IMG/VR virus record: IMGVR_UViG_3300048895_000041
Coordinates: 1 to 43,461 of that record
DNA length: 43,461 nucleotides
Origin: a virus
Taxonomy: Duplodnaviria; Caudoviricetes
Reading direction: 5' to 3' (one strand)
The notes under the pieces are model-generated. The model was given only the letters and a program-made list of their open reading frames with translations, was not told where the DNA came from and ran no database searches. Made by a program: the position numbers and the translations under genes. Positions 16,734 to 27,417 of the stretch are shown piece by piece. How positions within the stretch are numbered: position 1 is the first letter of the stretch; the number at the start of each line of letters is the position of its first letter.

Positions 16734-17648
16734 GTGGCCAATAACGTACCTGTCTATTTCGTCACCGACTTCACGAACCAGGTGGAATTCCTGGTTCAGC
16801 AGATGCCGGCGCGCCTGTGGGCGTCGTCCACCATCCGCACCTACATGGGCAGCGGCGCGACCGCGACCGAACAGTTCGGCGCGACGACCATGTCGCTTGT
16901 CACCGGCCGCGTGCAGCCCAAGCCCATCACCGATACGCCGGCCGACCGCCGTTGGATTTACCCGCAGAAATACTGGGTGTCCGATATCGTCGACACCTAC
17001 GAAGAACTGGAAATGGCGATCAGCCCCGACGGCTGGATCGCGCAGGATTTCGTCTTCGCGGCCAACCGCCAGAAGGACGATGTGTGGATTGCCAACTACT
17101 TCGGCAACGCCCTGACCGGCAATACCTCGACGACAGGTAACGCGCCGTCAACGACGGTTGCCTTCCCGAGCGGCAACTTCCAGGCCGTCACGGTGGGAAG
17201 CGCCGGGGGTGCCACGCCCACCGGCATGAACGTGCCGAAGCTGCGTGGCGCGCGCAAGCAGATGTTGCAGGCCGAAGTCGACCTGGAATACGACAGCGCG
17301 TACGCCGCGATGTCGGCGATCCAGTTGGACGACATGCTCAACCAGGCGCAGGCGATCAGCCTCGACTTCCAGGACAAGCCCGTTCTGGAGGATGGCCAGA
17401 TCACGCGCTTTATGGGCTTTGAGTTCAAGCACTCCGAACGCCTGCCGGTGGACGCGAACAGTTACCGGAAATGTCCGATCTGGGTCAAGTCCGGCATGCG
17501 TTCCGGTGTATGGCAGGATGAAAAGACCCGAATCGTCCCCCGCTATGACCTGATCGGTGATCCGTTCGAGGTCGGCACGATGCTCATGGTTGGCGCGACG
17601 CGCCTCCAGGAGCCCAAGTGCCAAGCTGCCCTTTGCGCGGAGAGCTGA
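16734..17648 (+). CDS. Major capsid protein
   Basis: F...VEFLVQQM..RL, DTP.DRRW, A.NRQKDD, G.ITRFMGFEF..SERLP, GATRLQE.K; GGAG then GTG start. Confidence 0.9.
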   Translation: MANNVPVYFVTDFTNQVEFLVQQMPARLWASSTIRTYMGSGATATEQFGATTMSLVTGRVQPKPITDTPADRRWIYPQKYWVSDIVDTYEELEMAISPDGWIAQDFVFAANRQKDDVWIANYFGNALTGNTSTTGNAPSTTVAFPSGNFQAVTVGSAGGATPTGMNVPKLRGARKQMLQAEVDLEYDSAYAAMSAIQLDDMLNQAQAISLDFQDKPVLEDGQITRFMGFEFKHSERLPVDANSYRKCPIWVKSGMRSGVWQDEKTRIVPRYDLIGDPFEVGTMLMVGATRLQEPKCQAALCAES

Positions 17649-17649
17649 T

Positions 17650-18159
17650 ATGGCTGCTGCAATCAACAACAACCTGGGTAACCTCCTCACCAACTCCTAC
17701 GCCACGCCGCTAATCGCCAATGGTGCCGGCGCCGACAGCGTCAGCACGCTGATCTGGAGTTCGTACTGTGCGATTCCGGTCGTCGGCACGGACCTGGCCG
17801 GGTCCACGTATCGCTTCGGCCGGGTCAAATCGTCCGATGTCATCCACGGCCTATCGTTCGGGTCCACGGCCCTGACGGCTGGGGCGATCAGCCTGGGCCT
17901 GTACTTCACCAACACCGGCGCGGTGGCCGCGACGAATGCGGACCATTTGTTCGCCACGTCGATCAACTGCGCCAGCGCGGTAGTGGTGACGGAGGAACGC
18001 TACGTCAACCTGGCGTTCACCACGGCCGGCAAGCGCGTGTGGGAATTGCTGGGTCTCTCCGCCGATCCGGTCGTCGTCTACGACGTGGTCGGCACGTCCA
18101 CCACGGGCGCCACCGTGGCCGGCACGCTGTTCTGCCGTTGCAGTTTTGCCCCGAGCTAA
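17650..18159 (+). CDS. Virion structural protein (capsid decoration candidate)
   Basis: Directly after the capsid gene; GSTYRFGRV.S, D.LFA..I, RVWELLGLSADP. Confidence 0.75.
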   Translation: MAAAINNNLGNLLTNSYATPLIANGAGADSVSTLIWSSYCAIPVVGTDLAGSTYRFGRVKSSDVIHGLSFGSTALTAGAISLGLYFTNTGAVAATNADHLFATSINCASAVVVTEERYVNLAFTTAGKRVWELLGLSADPVVVYDVVGTSTTGATVAGTLFCRCSFAPS

Positions 18160-18162
18160 CTC

Positions 18163-18378
18163 ATGGCCGTCAATTCGCTAGGCTGGAACATCGTCGACCG
18201 CAACCCGTACACCTACACGGTGGCGAACGGCAGCGGCACGATCACGACCAGCACCGACGTGCAGTTGATGTACGACACGACCAAGGTCGTAACGCGTGAG
18301 GACCTGGCTTTGGTCGTACGGCAGATGCTTACGCTCATCGAGCAGAACCCGAACTCAAATCCATTCGGGCCGCCGTAA
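18163..18378 (+). CDS. Small virion protein
   Basis: In structural operon, tightly packed. Confidence 0.7.
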   Translation: MAVNSLGWNIVDRNPYTYTVANGSGTITTSTDVQLMYDTTKVVTREDLALVVRQMLTLIEQNPNSNPFGPP

Positions 18379-18379
18379 C

Positions 18380-18598
18380 ATGGGCCGCTACGGTCGGCAT
18401 TCGATCTATGTGTCGACCAACCCGAACGTTCCGGTCAACGTCGGGACGCCCGGCGTGTCCGTCTTTATCGGTTGTCCGGGGCCGACGATCTATGCCGGCA
18501 GCGGCACGGACATCAATCCGTCCGGGGTGCTACAGTTCATCGGCGAGGCAATTGTGACGTTCACGCCCACCACTGTTCCTGTTGTCGTGGAGTTCTGA
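18380..18598 (+). CDS. Small virion protein
   Basis: In structural operon; beta-rich. Confidence 0.65.
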   Translation: MGRYGRHSIYVSTNPNVPVNVGTPGVSVFIGCPGPTIYAGSGTDINPSGVLQFIGEAIVTFTPTTVPVVVEF

Positions 18599-18599
18599 C

Positions 18600-19109
18600 A
18601 TGGCCAATGCCAACCTTGATTTTTCCGGCCTGTCGGTCACCCGGACCTTCACTTTCCCTGACGCTACCGGCACGATCGTGCTGGATGCCGGATCGGCCAA
18701 CATTGTCACCGTCGGCACGATCACCACGGGCGTCTGGCACGGCACGGCCATCGGCGTGCAATGGGGCGGGACAGGCGCGAACCTATCGGCCACCGGCGGC
18801 ACGAGCCAGGTCGTCATGCAGACCAGTTCTGGCGGCGCTTTCACCGTCGCGCAATTGGCGGTCGCCGACCTGTCCACGGCCAAGACAGGCACCGGCAGTA
18901 TCGTACTGGCCACGGCACCGACGTTCGCCTCGACCATCACCGTCACGACAAATGCCATCGTCACCGGCAAGGTTCTGACGACCGCTGGTTTGGGTGTCGG
19001 TAACTCGGCAACGGCCGCCACGCCGGGCACGGTGGTGAAGAAAATCGAAGTGTTCGACGCCAGCGGCGTCAGTCTGGGCTTTATTGCCGTCTACGATGCG
19101 ATCACGTAG
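18600..19109 (+). CDS. Fibre-like (head fibre?) protein
   Basis: TRTFTFPDATGT, VGTITTGVWHGTAIGVQWGGTGA, TGTGSIVLATAPT fibre motifs. Confidence 0.7.
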   Translation: MANANLDFSGLSVTRTFTFPDATGTIVLDAGSANIVTVGTITTGVWHGTAIGVQWGGTGANLSATGGTSQVVMQTSSGGAFTVAQLAVADLSTAKTGTGSIVLATAPTFASTITVTTNAIVTGKVLTTAGLGVGNSATAATPGTVVKKIEVFDASGVSLGFIAVYDAIT

Positions 19110-19117
19110 GATGCCGC

Positions 19118-19777
19118 ATGGCATCCGATGTTGGAATTGCAAACCTTGCGCTGCTGAAACTCGGTAAGCCGCGCATCAATTCGTTTTCCGATCCCGGCGT
19201 CGTCAACGAAATCTTCGCCGAACAGTACGGTCCGCTGCGCGACATCCTGCTGCGCATGGGCTGGAACTTTTCGCTGTCCTATGCCGCGCTGCCGGCGCTG
19301 ACGACGGCGCCACCGTTTCAGTACACCTTCGCCTATTCCCTGCCGAGCGATTTCATTCGCCTGGTGTGGGCCGGCCCCGCGCAGAACTATGGCACGTTGC
19401 CGCCGGGCACGACACAGGTTCCGCTGACGGTGTTGGGCATGCCCGGAGTCAACCTGTCCGATTACAACAACGCGATGTGCCAGGATTATCACATCGTCGG
19501 CAATCAGTTGTGGTCGAACATCGGCACGCCGATTTCTATCATCTACTCCGCGCGCATCACCGATCCGAACAAGTTTGACACGTACTTTCAGGAAGCCTTT
19601 GCGTGGTTTCTAGCCATGGAGTTGTGCGAGACGGTGACCGGATCGAACGCCAAGTTCCCGCGGATGGAGCAAGGCTACAACCAAGCCTTGGCGCAGGCCA
19701 TCAAGTTCCGCTCGCTGGAAAGCCCACCGGCCACGATCCCCGACGATACGTGGATGCTGGCCCGGATCAGTAGTTAG
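19118..19777 (+). CDS. Tail tubular protein A / adaptor (T7 gp11-like)
   Basis: IANLAL.KLG...I.S, LLR..WNF, Y.LPSDFIRL, FD..F..A.A..LA.EL. Confidence 0.85.
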   Translation: MASDVGIANLALLKLGKPRINSFSDPGVVNEIFAEQYGPLRDILLRMGWNFSLSYAALPALTTAPPFQYTFAYSLPSDFIRLVWAGPAQNYGTLPPGTTQVPLTVLGMPGVNLSDYNNAMCQDYHIVGNQLWSNIGTPISIIYSARITDPNKFDTYFQEAFAWFLAMELCETVTGSNAKFPRMEQGYNQALAQAIKFRSLESPPATIPDDTWMLARISS

Positions 19778-19779
19778 TC

Positions 19780-22443
19780 ATGGGCCAGGTGTCGATCCCT
19801 TGGAACTCGTTCAACTGCGGCGAGCTGTCACCGCTGCTGGAAGGCCGCAGCGACATGCCGCAGTACATGAAGGGCGGCAAGACGATGCTCAACATGTTGC
19901 CGACCGTGCAGGGTCCGGCAACGCGTCGCGGGGGAACTCGGTACATCGGCAACGGGCTTGATAGTACATTCCCCAGTTTGCTGATTCGTTTCTCGCGGTC
20001 GGCGACCGAAAGCTACGTGCTGGCCTTCAGCAACAACGTCCTGCAATTTTTCTTCAACGGCGGCAAGGTCGGCGGCATCTTCACTCCGTATGAAGTAACA
20101 ACGCCGTACACGCAGGCCGATTTGTTCAACGACGATGGCACGCCAGCCATCTCGGCCGCGGAATCGGCCGATGTCATCTATCTGGCGCATCCGAAATACC
20201 CACCGCAGGTGCTGTCGTTTTTTGGCCCAGAGAACTGGACGCTGGCGCCGCTGAACTTCGTCGATGGCCCGTGGCAGGACGGCAATCCCAACCAGCAGTT
20301 GCAGGTCTACGTCAATGGTGGCGTGACGATCGGCAGCGCGGTTACGGTGACCTGCACGCCGCCGGGCATCTTCACGCTGGACATGGTCGGGTCCTTGATG
20401 CGTATTCATCAGCAGGACCTGACGACCACGAAGCCGTGGCAGCCGGGACAGATGACGCCGAACATTGCCGTCGGAGTACAAAGACGCAGCGGGTTCAACA
20501 CCTATCAGGCTGTCACAGTGGCGTCTGGGCCGGCGCCTCCGCACGGCTCCAGTCTTCTCTTCGTGCAGACCGGCGGCGTCACCCTGACTCACACGTCCGG
20601 CAATGCGTGGGACGGGGACCAGACCACAACGATCGACCCTATCGGCGGCCCTGGCTATTTCTCGACCGGCGTCGAGTGGAGCTATCAGGACTGCGGCTAT
20701 GGCGTCGTGCAGATCACGGCATTTTCGGATGCGCAGCATGTGCAGGCCGTCGTGCTGCGCCAACTGCCGACCGCGGTCATCGGCGCCGGCAATACCACCT
20801 ACCTGTGGGAACTGGGCGCATGGAGCAACAACCAGGGCTGGCCGGCCGTCGTGGCTTTCTTCCGTCAGCGTCTCACCTTCGCAGGTGGTGCAGGGGGCCT
20901 GAATCGCACATGGATGAGCGTGGTCGGCGATTATGCCAACTTCGCGGACCTGTATTTTGGCGAAGTGCTGGAAGACTCTGCCGTTACCGTCGCCTGTCAG
21001 TCGACGCAGGTCAACAATATTGTTTCGCTATCCGGCGCCGACATGCTTTTTGTCGGGACGACCGGCGGAGAGTTCCTGATCGGGCCGCAGTCGATTTCCG
21101 ATCCGTTCGGCCCGCTGAACGTGCAGGTATCCGAGCAGTCGCAGTTTGGCGGCAGGGCTGTCACGCCCATCCGGCAGCAGCAGTACACCCTGTTCATCGA
21201 CAAGCCCGGAAGAAGGCTGCGCGAATCGAGTTTCCAGTTCACCGCGGGGCCGTCCGGGTCTTACGTGTCGAACGACAAGACCGTCCTGTCCGAGCACATC
21301 ACCGAGGGCGGCGTGATTGCGATGGCCAACGCGCGCAATCCGTTCTACTCGATCTGGATGACGCTGGGAAACGGCAACCTCATTTCCTTCATCTACTGCC
21401 CGGAGCAGGATGTCCACAATTGGGAAAGACATGATGTCGGAGCGAGTGGCAAGGTGATCAGCATGTGCGTCGTGCCCAACTCGACCGGCGAATGGGATGA
21501 CGTGTACCTGACCGTCAAGCGACAGACGACGTACTTCGGCAATGTCACGACGCAGTACACGATCGAGCGCATCGAGCAGCCGTTTGCCAATCTCCATGGA
21601 GAAAATCAGCAGGATGCGTTCTATGTCGACGCCGGGCTGACGCTGGACAATACGATCGACGCTATCCTGACGCCGGAGTCCGGCTACACGAATGTCGGGC
21701 AGGCGAACGTCGGGTTTTCAACGAACGTGCCTGTGTTTGCCAACACGGACGTGGGCCGCTATATCCACTACGACTGGGAGACAACGGAAATCGGCGACGA
21801 TGGGCTGACCTATCCCAAGGCCGCAAAAGGCGTCGCGCTGATCACCGAATTCCTGACCACGTCCATCGTGGAGACAACCATCCTTGCGCAGTGGCCGCCG
21901 GGACTTGAGTTCAATCCGATTCCGGCGAACGGATGGAGAATGACAGTCACGAAGATTCTGGCCAGTAGTATTCCGTCGTGCTGGTACGGCCAGACGCTAT
22001 CATTCCTGGCCGATGGCGGTGTGCAGCCGGATCAGGTGGCTCCTCTTACGGGCGGCATTGACATCGACCTGCAGTATCCGGCCTCGATCGTACAGGCGGG
22101 GCTGAAGTCTCCGTGCCAGTTCACCTCCATGCGGCCGGAGAAGGGGAACGTTGCCGGAGGCTCCATCGGCAAGCTGAGCAAACTGACGCGAGCGACGATC
22201 CGGTTGCTCAATTCGCTGGGCTTGAAACTGGGCACCAGCATCGGTGACTTGGAAGAAATTGCGCCACGGCCTGTCAGTACGCCGGACGACAACCCGCCGC
22301 CGATCTACACGGGCGATACGGAACGCCAGACCTTCCGCGGCGACTGGGATCGCAGTGGCCGGTTCACGGTACGGCAGGAGCAGCCGTTGCCGCTCACGAT
22401 CGTGGCTGGAGGGTTCCTGGGCGAAGTGTCGGATGACTCTTGA
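19780..22443 (+). CDS. Tail tubular protein B / nozzle (T7 gp12-like)
   Basis: SFN.GELSP.L.GRSD, QGPATRRGGT, GWP..V.FF.QRL.F, W.S..GDY.NF, Q.QPLPLTI. Confidence 0.9.
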   Translation: MGQVSIPWNSFNCGELSPLLEGRSDMPQYMKGGKTMLNMLPTVQGPATRRGGTRYIGNGLDSTFPSLLIRFSRSATESYVLAFSNNVLQFFFNGGKVGGIFTPYEVTTPYTQADLFNDDGTPAISAAESADVIYLAHPKYPPQVLSFFGPENWTLAPLNFVDGPWQDGNPNQQLQVYVNGGVTIGSAVTVTCTPPGIFTLDMVGSLMRIHQQDLTTTKPWQPGQMTPNIAVGVQRRSGFNTYQAVTVASGPAPPHGSSLLFVQTGGVTLTHTSGNAWDGDQTTTIDPIGGPGYFSTGVEWSYQDCGYGVVQITAFSDAQHVQAVVLRQLPTAVIGAGNTTYLWELGAWSNNQGWPAVVAFFRQRLTFAGGAGGLNRTWMSVVGDYANFADLYFGEVLEDSAVTVACQSTQVNNIVSLSGADMLFVGTTGGEFLIGPQSISDPFGPLNVQVSEQSQFGGRAVTPIRQQQYTLFIDKPGRRLRESSFQFTAGPSGSYVSNDKTVLSEHITEGGVIAMANARNPFYSIWMTLGNGNLISFIYCPEQDVHNWERHDVGASGKVISMCVVPNSTGEWDDVYLTVKRQTTYFGNVTTQYTIERIEQPFANLHGENQQDAFYVDAGLTLDNTIDAILTPESGYTNVGQANVGFSTNVPVFANTDVGRYIHYDWETTEIGDDGLTYPKAAKGVALITEFLTTSIVETTILAQWPPGLEFNPIPANGWRMTVTKILASSIPSCWYGQTLSFLADGGVQPDQVAPLTGGIDIDLQYPASIVQAGLKSPCQFTSMRPEKGNVAGGSIGKLSKLTRATIRLLNSLGLKLGTSIGDLEEIAPRPVSTPDDNPPPIYTGDTERQTFRGDWDRSGRFTVRQEQPLPLTIVAGGFLGEVSDDS

Positions 22444-22868
22444 TGGAGGTTCGCGAATTTCACCCCTACGACCTTCAAACGCTCAAGCTGCAACCGATGC
22501 AATCCTGCTTGCAGGAATCGGCGAGCAGTGTGCAGCATGGCATGGCGCTGAAGGAAGCAGGGGATTGTTTCACGGCAACGGTTGACGGAGAACCCATCGC
22601 ATGTATCGGACTGGTCAATCACTGGGAGGGCAGGCGCTACGTGTGGGCGTTCCTGTCCGACGACGCGGGGAAGGCGCTGGTTCCGCTCACGCGGGCGATC
22701 CAGCGGTGGTTGAAGTATCATGGAAAGGGCCGGATCGAAACTGCGGTGGATTGCCGGTTCGATGCGGCAGTGCGGTGGGCGGAACTGCTGGGGTTCCAAC
22801 GAGAAGGACGAATGCGACACTGGGCACCCACCGGTGACGATTTCTGGTTGTATGCGAGGATAGGCTGA
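22443..22868 (+). CDS. GNAT-fold virion assembly protein (T7 gp13-like)
   Basis: RIETAV...F..AVRWAELLGF.REG.MR; synteny. Confidence 0.8.
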   Translation: MEVREFHPYDLQTLKLQPMQSCLQESASSVQHGMALKEAGDCFTATVDGEPIACIGLVNHWEGRRYVWAFLSDDAGKALVPLTRAIQRWLKYHGKGRIETAVDCRFDAAVRWAELLGFQREGRMRHWAPTGDDFWLYARIG

Positions 22869-23386
22869 TGGCACCGGTTGCATTGTTGGCTGTGTCGGCT
22901 GCGGTTACAGCCATAGGCGCCATTTCGGCTGCGCAGGCGCAGAAGGCGTCCTACCAGTCGCAGCAGCAGGCCGCGACCTACAACGCCACCATCCAGCGCG
23001 ACAACGCCAACGCGGCGATGGCGTCGGCGAGCGCCAACGAACTGGCGCAGCGCCGGGATAACGACGTCAAGTTGTCCTTCGAGCGCGCGCGCATGATCGA
23101 GTCCGGCGGCGGTTTGGTCGGCACCAATGTCGGCGCGCTCGATCAAGCCGGCACGAATCTGGAACTGTCCGCGCTCAATACGCGCTATCGCGGCGCCGTG
23201 CAGGCGACCGGCGATCTGCAGCAATCGACGTACGATCAGTACCAGGCGCAAGTGGCCGGCAGTAATGCCTCGCGTGCGCAAACTGCCGGGTGGATCGGCG
23301 CCGTCGGTGGCGCGCTGGGAACCGCGGCGAACTACAGCAATTTCCGTAGCCTGTACGGTAGCGGCGGCAGCACGGGCGGGCTCTGA
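22868..23386 (+). CDS. Internal virion/ejection protein (gp14-like)
   Basis: Hydrophobic Ala/Gly-rich termini, Gln/Ala-rich helix; synteny. Confidence 0.75.
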   Translation: MAPVALLAVSAAVTAIGAISAAQAQKASYQSQQQAATYNATIQRDNANAAMASASANELAQRRDNDVKLSFERARMIESGGGLVGTNVGALDQAGTNLELSALNTRYRGAVQATGDLQQSTYDQYQAQVAGSNASRAQTAGWIGAVGGALGTAANYSNFRSLYGSGGSTGGL

Positions 23387-26010
23387 TGCCTTCCATCACC
23401 TACGATCCGGTCGACACGCAAGCTGCGACGGGCGCACTGCCGCGCGCGCAAGGTGCCAGTTTCACGCCGGCCGTCGGAGAAGCGATCGAGCATGTCGGCA
23501 TGGAAGGCTCCCGCCTCGCGGCGGACATGAACCGCATCAATTATCAGCAGAAGATTTCCGACGGCGTCACTTCGATCAAGCAGAACCTCATGTCGGCCGA
23601 TGAGAAATTCTCGACCTACATGGAGCAGCAGAAGGCCAACATGCCGGTCAATGGCGCCGGCTACGTCGATACGTTCAAGAGCAAGTTTGACGACTGGTAC
23701 GGGCAATTCATCGACCAATATCAGGACCCGCGCCTGAAGAAGATCGCGGCCGAACAGGCAGCCACGCTGCACAACCGTTTCTACAATCAGGCGGCATCGT
23801 GGCAGATCGGCACGAACCGCGCGTGGCGAATCAACACGTTCGATCAGTCCATCCAGCACGATGCGGCCACGCTCGATGCCGACCCGACGCAGTACGAGGC
23901 ACTGAAGAAGAACCAGATCGAGACGATCAACACGTTGTCCGGGGACCTGCATCCGACCGACCGCATCACGCTGACGAACAAGGTCGATGCGACCTACGCG
24001 CAGGCCGCGGCCCTGTCGTGGGCGCGCATGCACCCGCAGAATACCGTCAATGCCATCTTGGGTGTAACGCCCTCGGCGCCGGACACAATCACCGGCAAGA
24101 TCGTCAACGCGGCAGGCAACGTATCGCCGCAGGCGCAGCGCGCCGGCCTGAGCCCGAACGTGGCATTGGCCGTGGCCAATATCGAGAACGACACGTTCGA
24201 CCCGACGCGCAAGAATCCGTTGCCCGGAGCCACGGCACAGGGTCTGTTCCAGATGATCGACTCGACGTGGGCCGAAAAAGGCGGCACGCCGGGAAATCGC
24301 AACGACCCGGATGCACAGGCGCAACTGGGCGTCAAGAACCTCGCCGACAACTCGCGTGCCCTGAGCGATTCGCTCAAGCGCCAGCTCTCCCCGGGTGAAA
24401 TTTATTCGACGCAGTGGGGGCTGGGGTTCGCCGGGTCACTGGCCAAGGCTCCTGCGAACATGCCCATTCGTGACGTCTTCGCGCGTGCCGGACAGGAAAA
24501 TCCCGATGCGGCGGCGGCGGCGAATGGCGTGGCCGGCATGACGGCCGGGCAGGTACGCGATCATTTCGAGACGCTGATGCGCGATCGCATGCAGCGCACG
24601 GTAGGCTTTGCCGCGCAGACGGCGCAGGCGCCGGATACCGATGCCAAGACGCCATTGCCATGGTTGAACGACTTGCCGCCGTCACAGCGCGAGGCCGTGC
24701 TGTCGCACGCGCAATCGCAGTTGCGGCATGACGATGCCGGCGAGAAGGCGTCCTTGCGGCAGACCATCGGCGATGTGGAGGCGGCCTACAACTCCGGCCA
24801 GAATCCGGTGCAGTCGGTCGATCCGGGACAGGTGCTGCGTACCTTCGGCTCCGCAGAAGGCGCTGCGATCAATAACCGGCTGATGCAGGCGCAGTGGTAC
24901 GGGAGCGCCGTTTCGCAGCTTGCGACGGCAACTCCGGCGCAGACGCGTGACATCCTGGCGCAGGCCGATTCCAAGATGGGAGCCAACGCTCCCGGCAGTT
25001 TCGGTTATGCGACCGCGCAGGCGCGCAGTCAGTCCCTGCACGCCGCGGCCGCGGACATCAACAACAAGCGCATCGCCGACCCGGTGGGCCAGGACCAGCA
25101 GAGTCTGCAGTTGACAAAGCCGCTGGACATGAGCAATCCGCAGTTCCTGACCGGGCCGTTGGCAGCGCGCTACGAGCAGGCGGCCGAATTGCAGCGCACC
25201 TGGGGCATGAAGGATTACAAGCCGTTGAGCGACTCCGAAGCTGCGGGCCTGACGGATTTTCTGTCCAAGGGACCGCCTTCGCAGATCGTGCAGTACCTGA
25301 CCTCTGCGCGCGTGGCCGCGGGCGAGCATTCCGATCGCTACAGCGCACTGATGCAGCAGATTGCACCGAAGGCGCCGATGATGGCGGTGGCGGGAGCGGT
25401 CGCCCCTTATGACGCGCAAATGGCACAGTTGATCCTGACCGGATCGAGCGCACTGAAAGACGAAAAGGTTCTTGGTGTGGCGGTCGATCCGAAGCTGTTC
25501 GAGCAGTGGTGGAACACGAACAAGGGACAGGCATTCGGTTCCTACGTCGACAACTCACGCTTGAATCTTGATGCGGCGAAAGCCGCGTATGCCGCGGCTT
25601 TGCCTGCGGATAAGCGCAACAGCAAGGTGCTGGACGAGGACACGATGCGCAACGTGGCCAATCGCATTGCGCCGGTCGTCGACTTCAACGGGCCAACACT
25701 CGTCCCACCGGGCATGACGCACGATACCTTCGTCAACGAGATGGCGGCGCGTTACAGCCCGGCGATGACCAAGGCGGGCTACGACCCAGCGGAGTATCGC
25801 TTCAATCTGATGCGCTTTGTGCCGCTGCCGCACGCCGATGGGGTGTATCAAGCCTATTCGGGGACTGTCCCTGTGCAGGGCGCGGTGATCGACCTGAACA
25901 CGCCGCCGGATGTGAATTTTACGCCGGTGTCGATGCAGGAATCTCCGACCGATTATGCCCGCAAGGAGCCGAAAGGCATGGGCACGCGATCGTTCTACCG
26001 GGGCCGATAG
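23386..26010 (+). CDS. Internal virion protein with lytic transglycosylase (SLT) domain
   Basis: ALAVANIENDTFDP..KNP...TAQGLFQMIDSTW...R.DP.AQ at about 24150-24350. Confidence 0.85.
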   Translation: MPSITYDPVDTQAATGALPRAQGASFTPAVGEAIEHVGMEGSRLAADMNRINYQQKISDGVTSIKQNLMSADEKFSTYMEQQKANMPVNGAGYVDTFKSKFDDWYGQFIDQYQDPRLKKIAAEQAATLHNRFYNQAASWQIGTNRAWRINTFDQSIQHDAATLDADPTQYEALKKNQIETINTLSGDLHPTDRITLTNKVDATYAQAAALSWARMHPQNTVNAILGVTPSAPDTITGKIVNAAGNVSPQAQRAGLSPNVALAVANIENDTFDPTRKNPLPGATAQGLFQMIDSTWAEKGGTPGNRNDPDAQAQLGVKNLADNSRALSDSLKRQLSPGEIYSTQWGLGFAGSLAKAPANMPIRDVFARAGQENPDAAAAANGVAGMTAGQVRDHFETLMRDRMQRTVGFAAQTAQAPDTDAKTPLPWLNDLPPSQREAVLSHAQSQLRHDDAGEKASLRQTIGDVEAAYNSGQNPVQSVDPGQVLRTFGSAEGAAINNRLMQAQWYGSAVSQLATATPAQTRDILAQADSKMGANAPGSFGYATAQARSQSLHAAAADINNKRIADPVGQDQQSLQLTKPLDMSNPQFLTGPLAARYEQAAELQRTWGMKDYKPLSDSEAAGLTDFLSKGPPSQIVQYLTSARVAAGEHSDRYSALMQQIAPKAPMMAVAGAVAPYDAQMAQLILTGSSALKDEKVLGVAVDPKLFEQWWNTNKGQAFGSYVDNSRLNLDAAKAAYAAALPADKRNSKVLDEDTMRNVANRIAPVVDFNGPTLVPPGMTHDTFVNEMAARYSPAMTKAGYDPAEYRFNLMRFVPLPHADGVYQAYSGTVPVQGAVIDLNTPPDVNFTPVSMQESPTDYARKEPKGMGTRSFYRGR

Positions 26011-27417
26011 ATGCCACTGGGCCTTTCCCCGCGCGAAACCACGACCAGCTTCGATGCCTTGTCGCAGATGCCGACCGCGGTCGAACCTCCGGTCAGCGGC
26101 AGCGAAATCGCTCTGGAGAATATCGAGGCGCCGTTCAAGGGCATTGCTGGTGGTGCGGCAGCCACTTACGAGGCTGCCGCCAGCGCCGCCACGTCGGCCT
26201 TCGCCAATCTGGCGCTTAAGCCTTTGCAGGAACGCGCGTTGCAGGCCGGCGCCGCGGGCATGGCCGTGCCGGAATCCTCCGTCGTTGAACTCGACCCGGA
26301 TACCGTGCAGCGCGACCAGGCGATTGCCTCGACCAAGGTCATTCAGCAGTTCGCTTCCGATCCGCGCCGGTCCGGCGTCGCGGCGCAGGTTCTGAACAGC
26401 GTCGCCAGCGGCGGCGTGCGTTTTGTCGGTGGCACACTGCTTACGGGTTCACCTGTCGGCGGTGCGGCTCTGGTCGGCGCCACGGAAGGCATGAACACGC
26501 GCGATACGTTGATCACCAACGGTGTTGACAAGGACGCGGCCGACAAGCTGGCGTTGGGGAGCGCGATGTTTTCCGGTGGAGCAGCGCTGCTACCCGGTGG
26601 CGTTGGCAAGACCCTGATGACGCGTGTCCTATCCGGCAGTGGCATCCAGTTGACCGCCGGCATCGCCAATCGGACGATGATGCACGTCGGCCTGGAAGAT
26701 GCGGGCTATGCCGATATGGCTAAGCAGTACGTGCCACTCGACGGCGCCGGGATGATGGCGGACGCCATTCTGGGCAGCGTATTTGGTGCAGTGCATCATG
26801 CGTTCGCGCCGGAATTGGTCGACTCGGCTCATGCGATCAAGGATGCCGAACACGTCGAGGATGCCGCCCGCGGACCGGCTACATCGCCGGAAAGCCGCGA
26901 CGCCATCCTGTACAACGACACCCGCGGCGCCGAAGCCCTGATCGCCGGGCATGACCTGACCGGGACGCGCGATGTCGAAACGGTGCCAAATCCTGCGCAG
27001 GACGCAGCAAGAGAGGCGGCGACACGCGAGGTGGACGCTGCGGCAGCCGAAGCCGGCGCGCGCCGTGTAGAGGCTCTTGTTGAGCCGGAGACGCCGGAAG
27101 CCATCGTCAAAGCCGTCACCGACCGTGTCGAGGCCGAGCAGGAAGCGGCAGGATCGACATTGGGCCGTGGAGCGCGTCAAGCCGAAGCCGCCAAAGCCGA
27201 AGGCGATGCGCTGGCAACTCTCGATCCTGAAACGCGGGAAACCTTGGATCAGGCAAAGGCAGTTCTGGAACAGCGAGAAGGCATGAAGGTCGGCGGCGAG
27301 GACGGAACAGAAATCAATGCCAGCGATGCCCTGCGCCGCGCGATTGACGACATCAAGGAATCGGCGGGCGAGGATGACCTGCACCGCGTCGCCGCGGCGT
27401 GTTTCGGGAGGGCATGA
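26011..27417 (+). CDS. Internal virion/ejection protein
   Basis: Gly/Ala-rich hydrophobic segments; C-terminal AAACF; synteny with epsilon15/BPP-1-type ejection genes. Confidence 0.7.
   Translation: MPLGLSPRETTTSFDALSQMPTAVEPPVSGSEIALENIEAPFKGIAGGAAATYEAAASAATSAFANLALKPLQERALQAGAAGMAVPESSVVELDPDTVQRDQAIASTKVIQQFASDPRRSGVAAQVLNSVASGGVRFVGGTLLTGSPVGGAALVGATEGMNTRDTLITNGVDKDAADKLALGSAMFSGGAALLPGGVGKTLMTRVLSGSGIQLTAGIANRTMMHVGLEDAGYADMAKQYVPLDGAGMMADAILGSVFGAVHHAFAPELVDSAHAIKDAEHVEDAARGPATSPESRDAILYNDTRGAEALIAGHDLTGTRDVETVPNPAQDAAREAATREVDAAAAEAGARRVEALVEPETPEAIVKAVTDRVEAEQEAAGSTLGRGARQAEAAKAEGDALATLDPETRETLDQAKAVLEQREGMKVGGEDGTEINASDALRRAIDDIKESAGEDDLHRVAAACFGRA

Noticed and set aside
17630-17648. 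Capsid C-terminus LCAES resembling the LYAES/LYGES endings
   Set aside because: Too short, with no extended alignment; likely coincidence
22567-22582. Second parS (TGTTTCACGGCAACGG)
   Set aside because: Only a half-site matches
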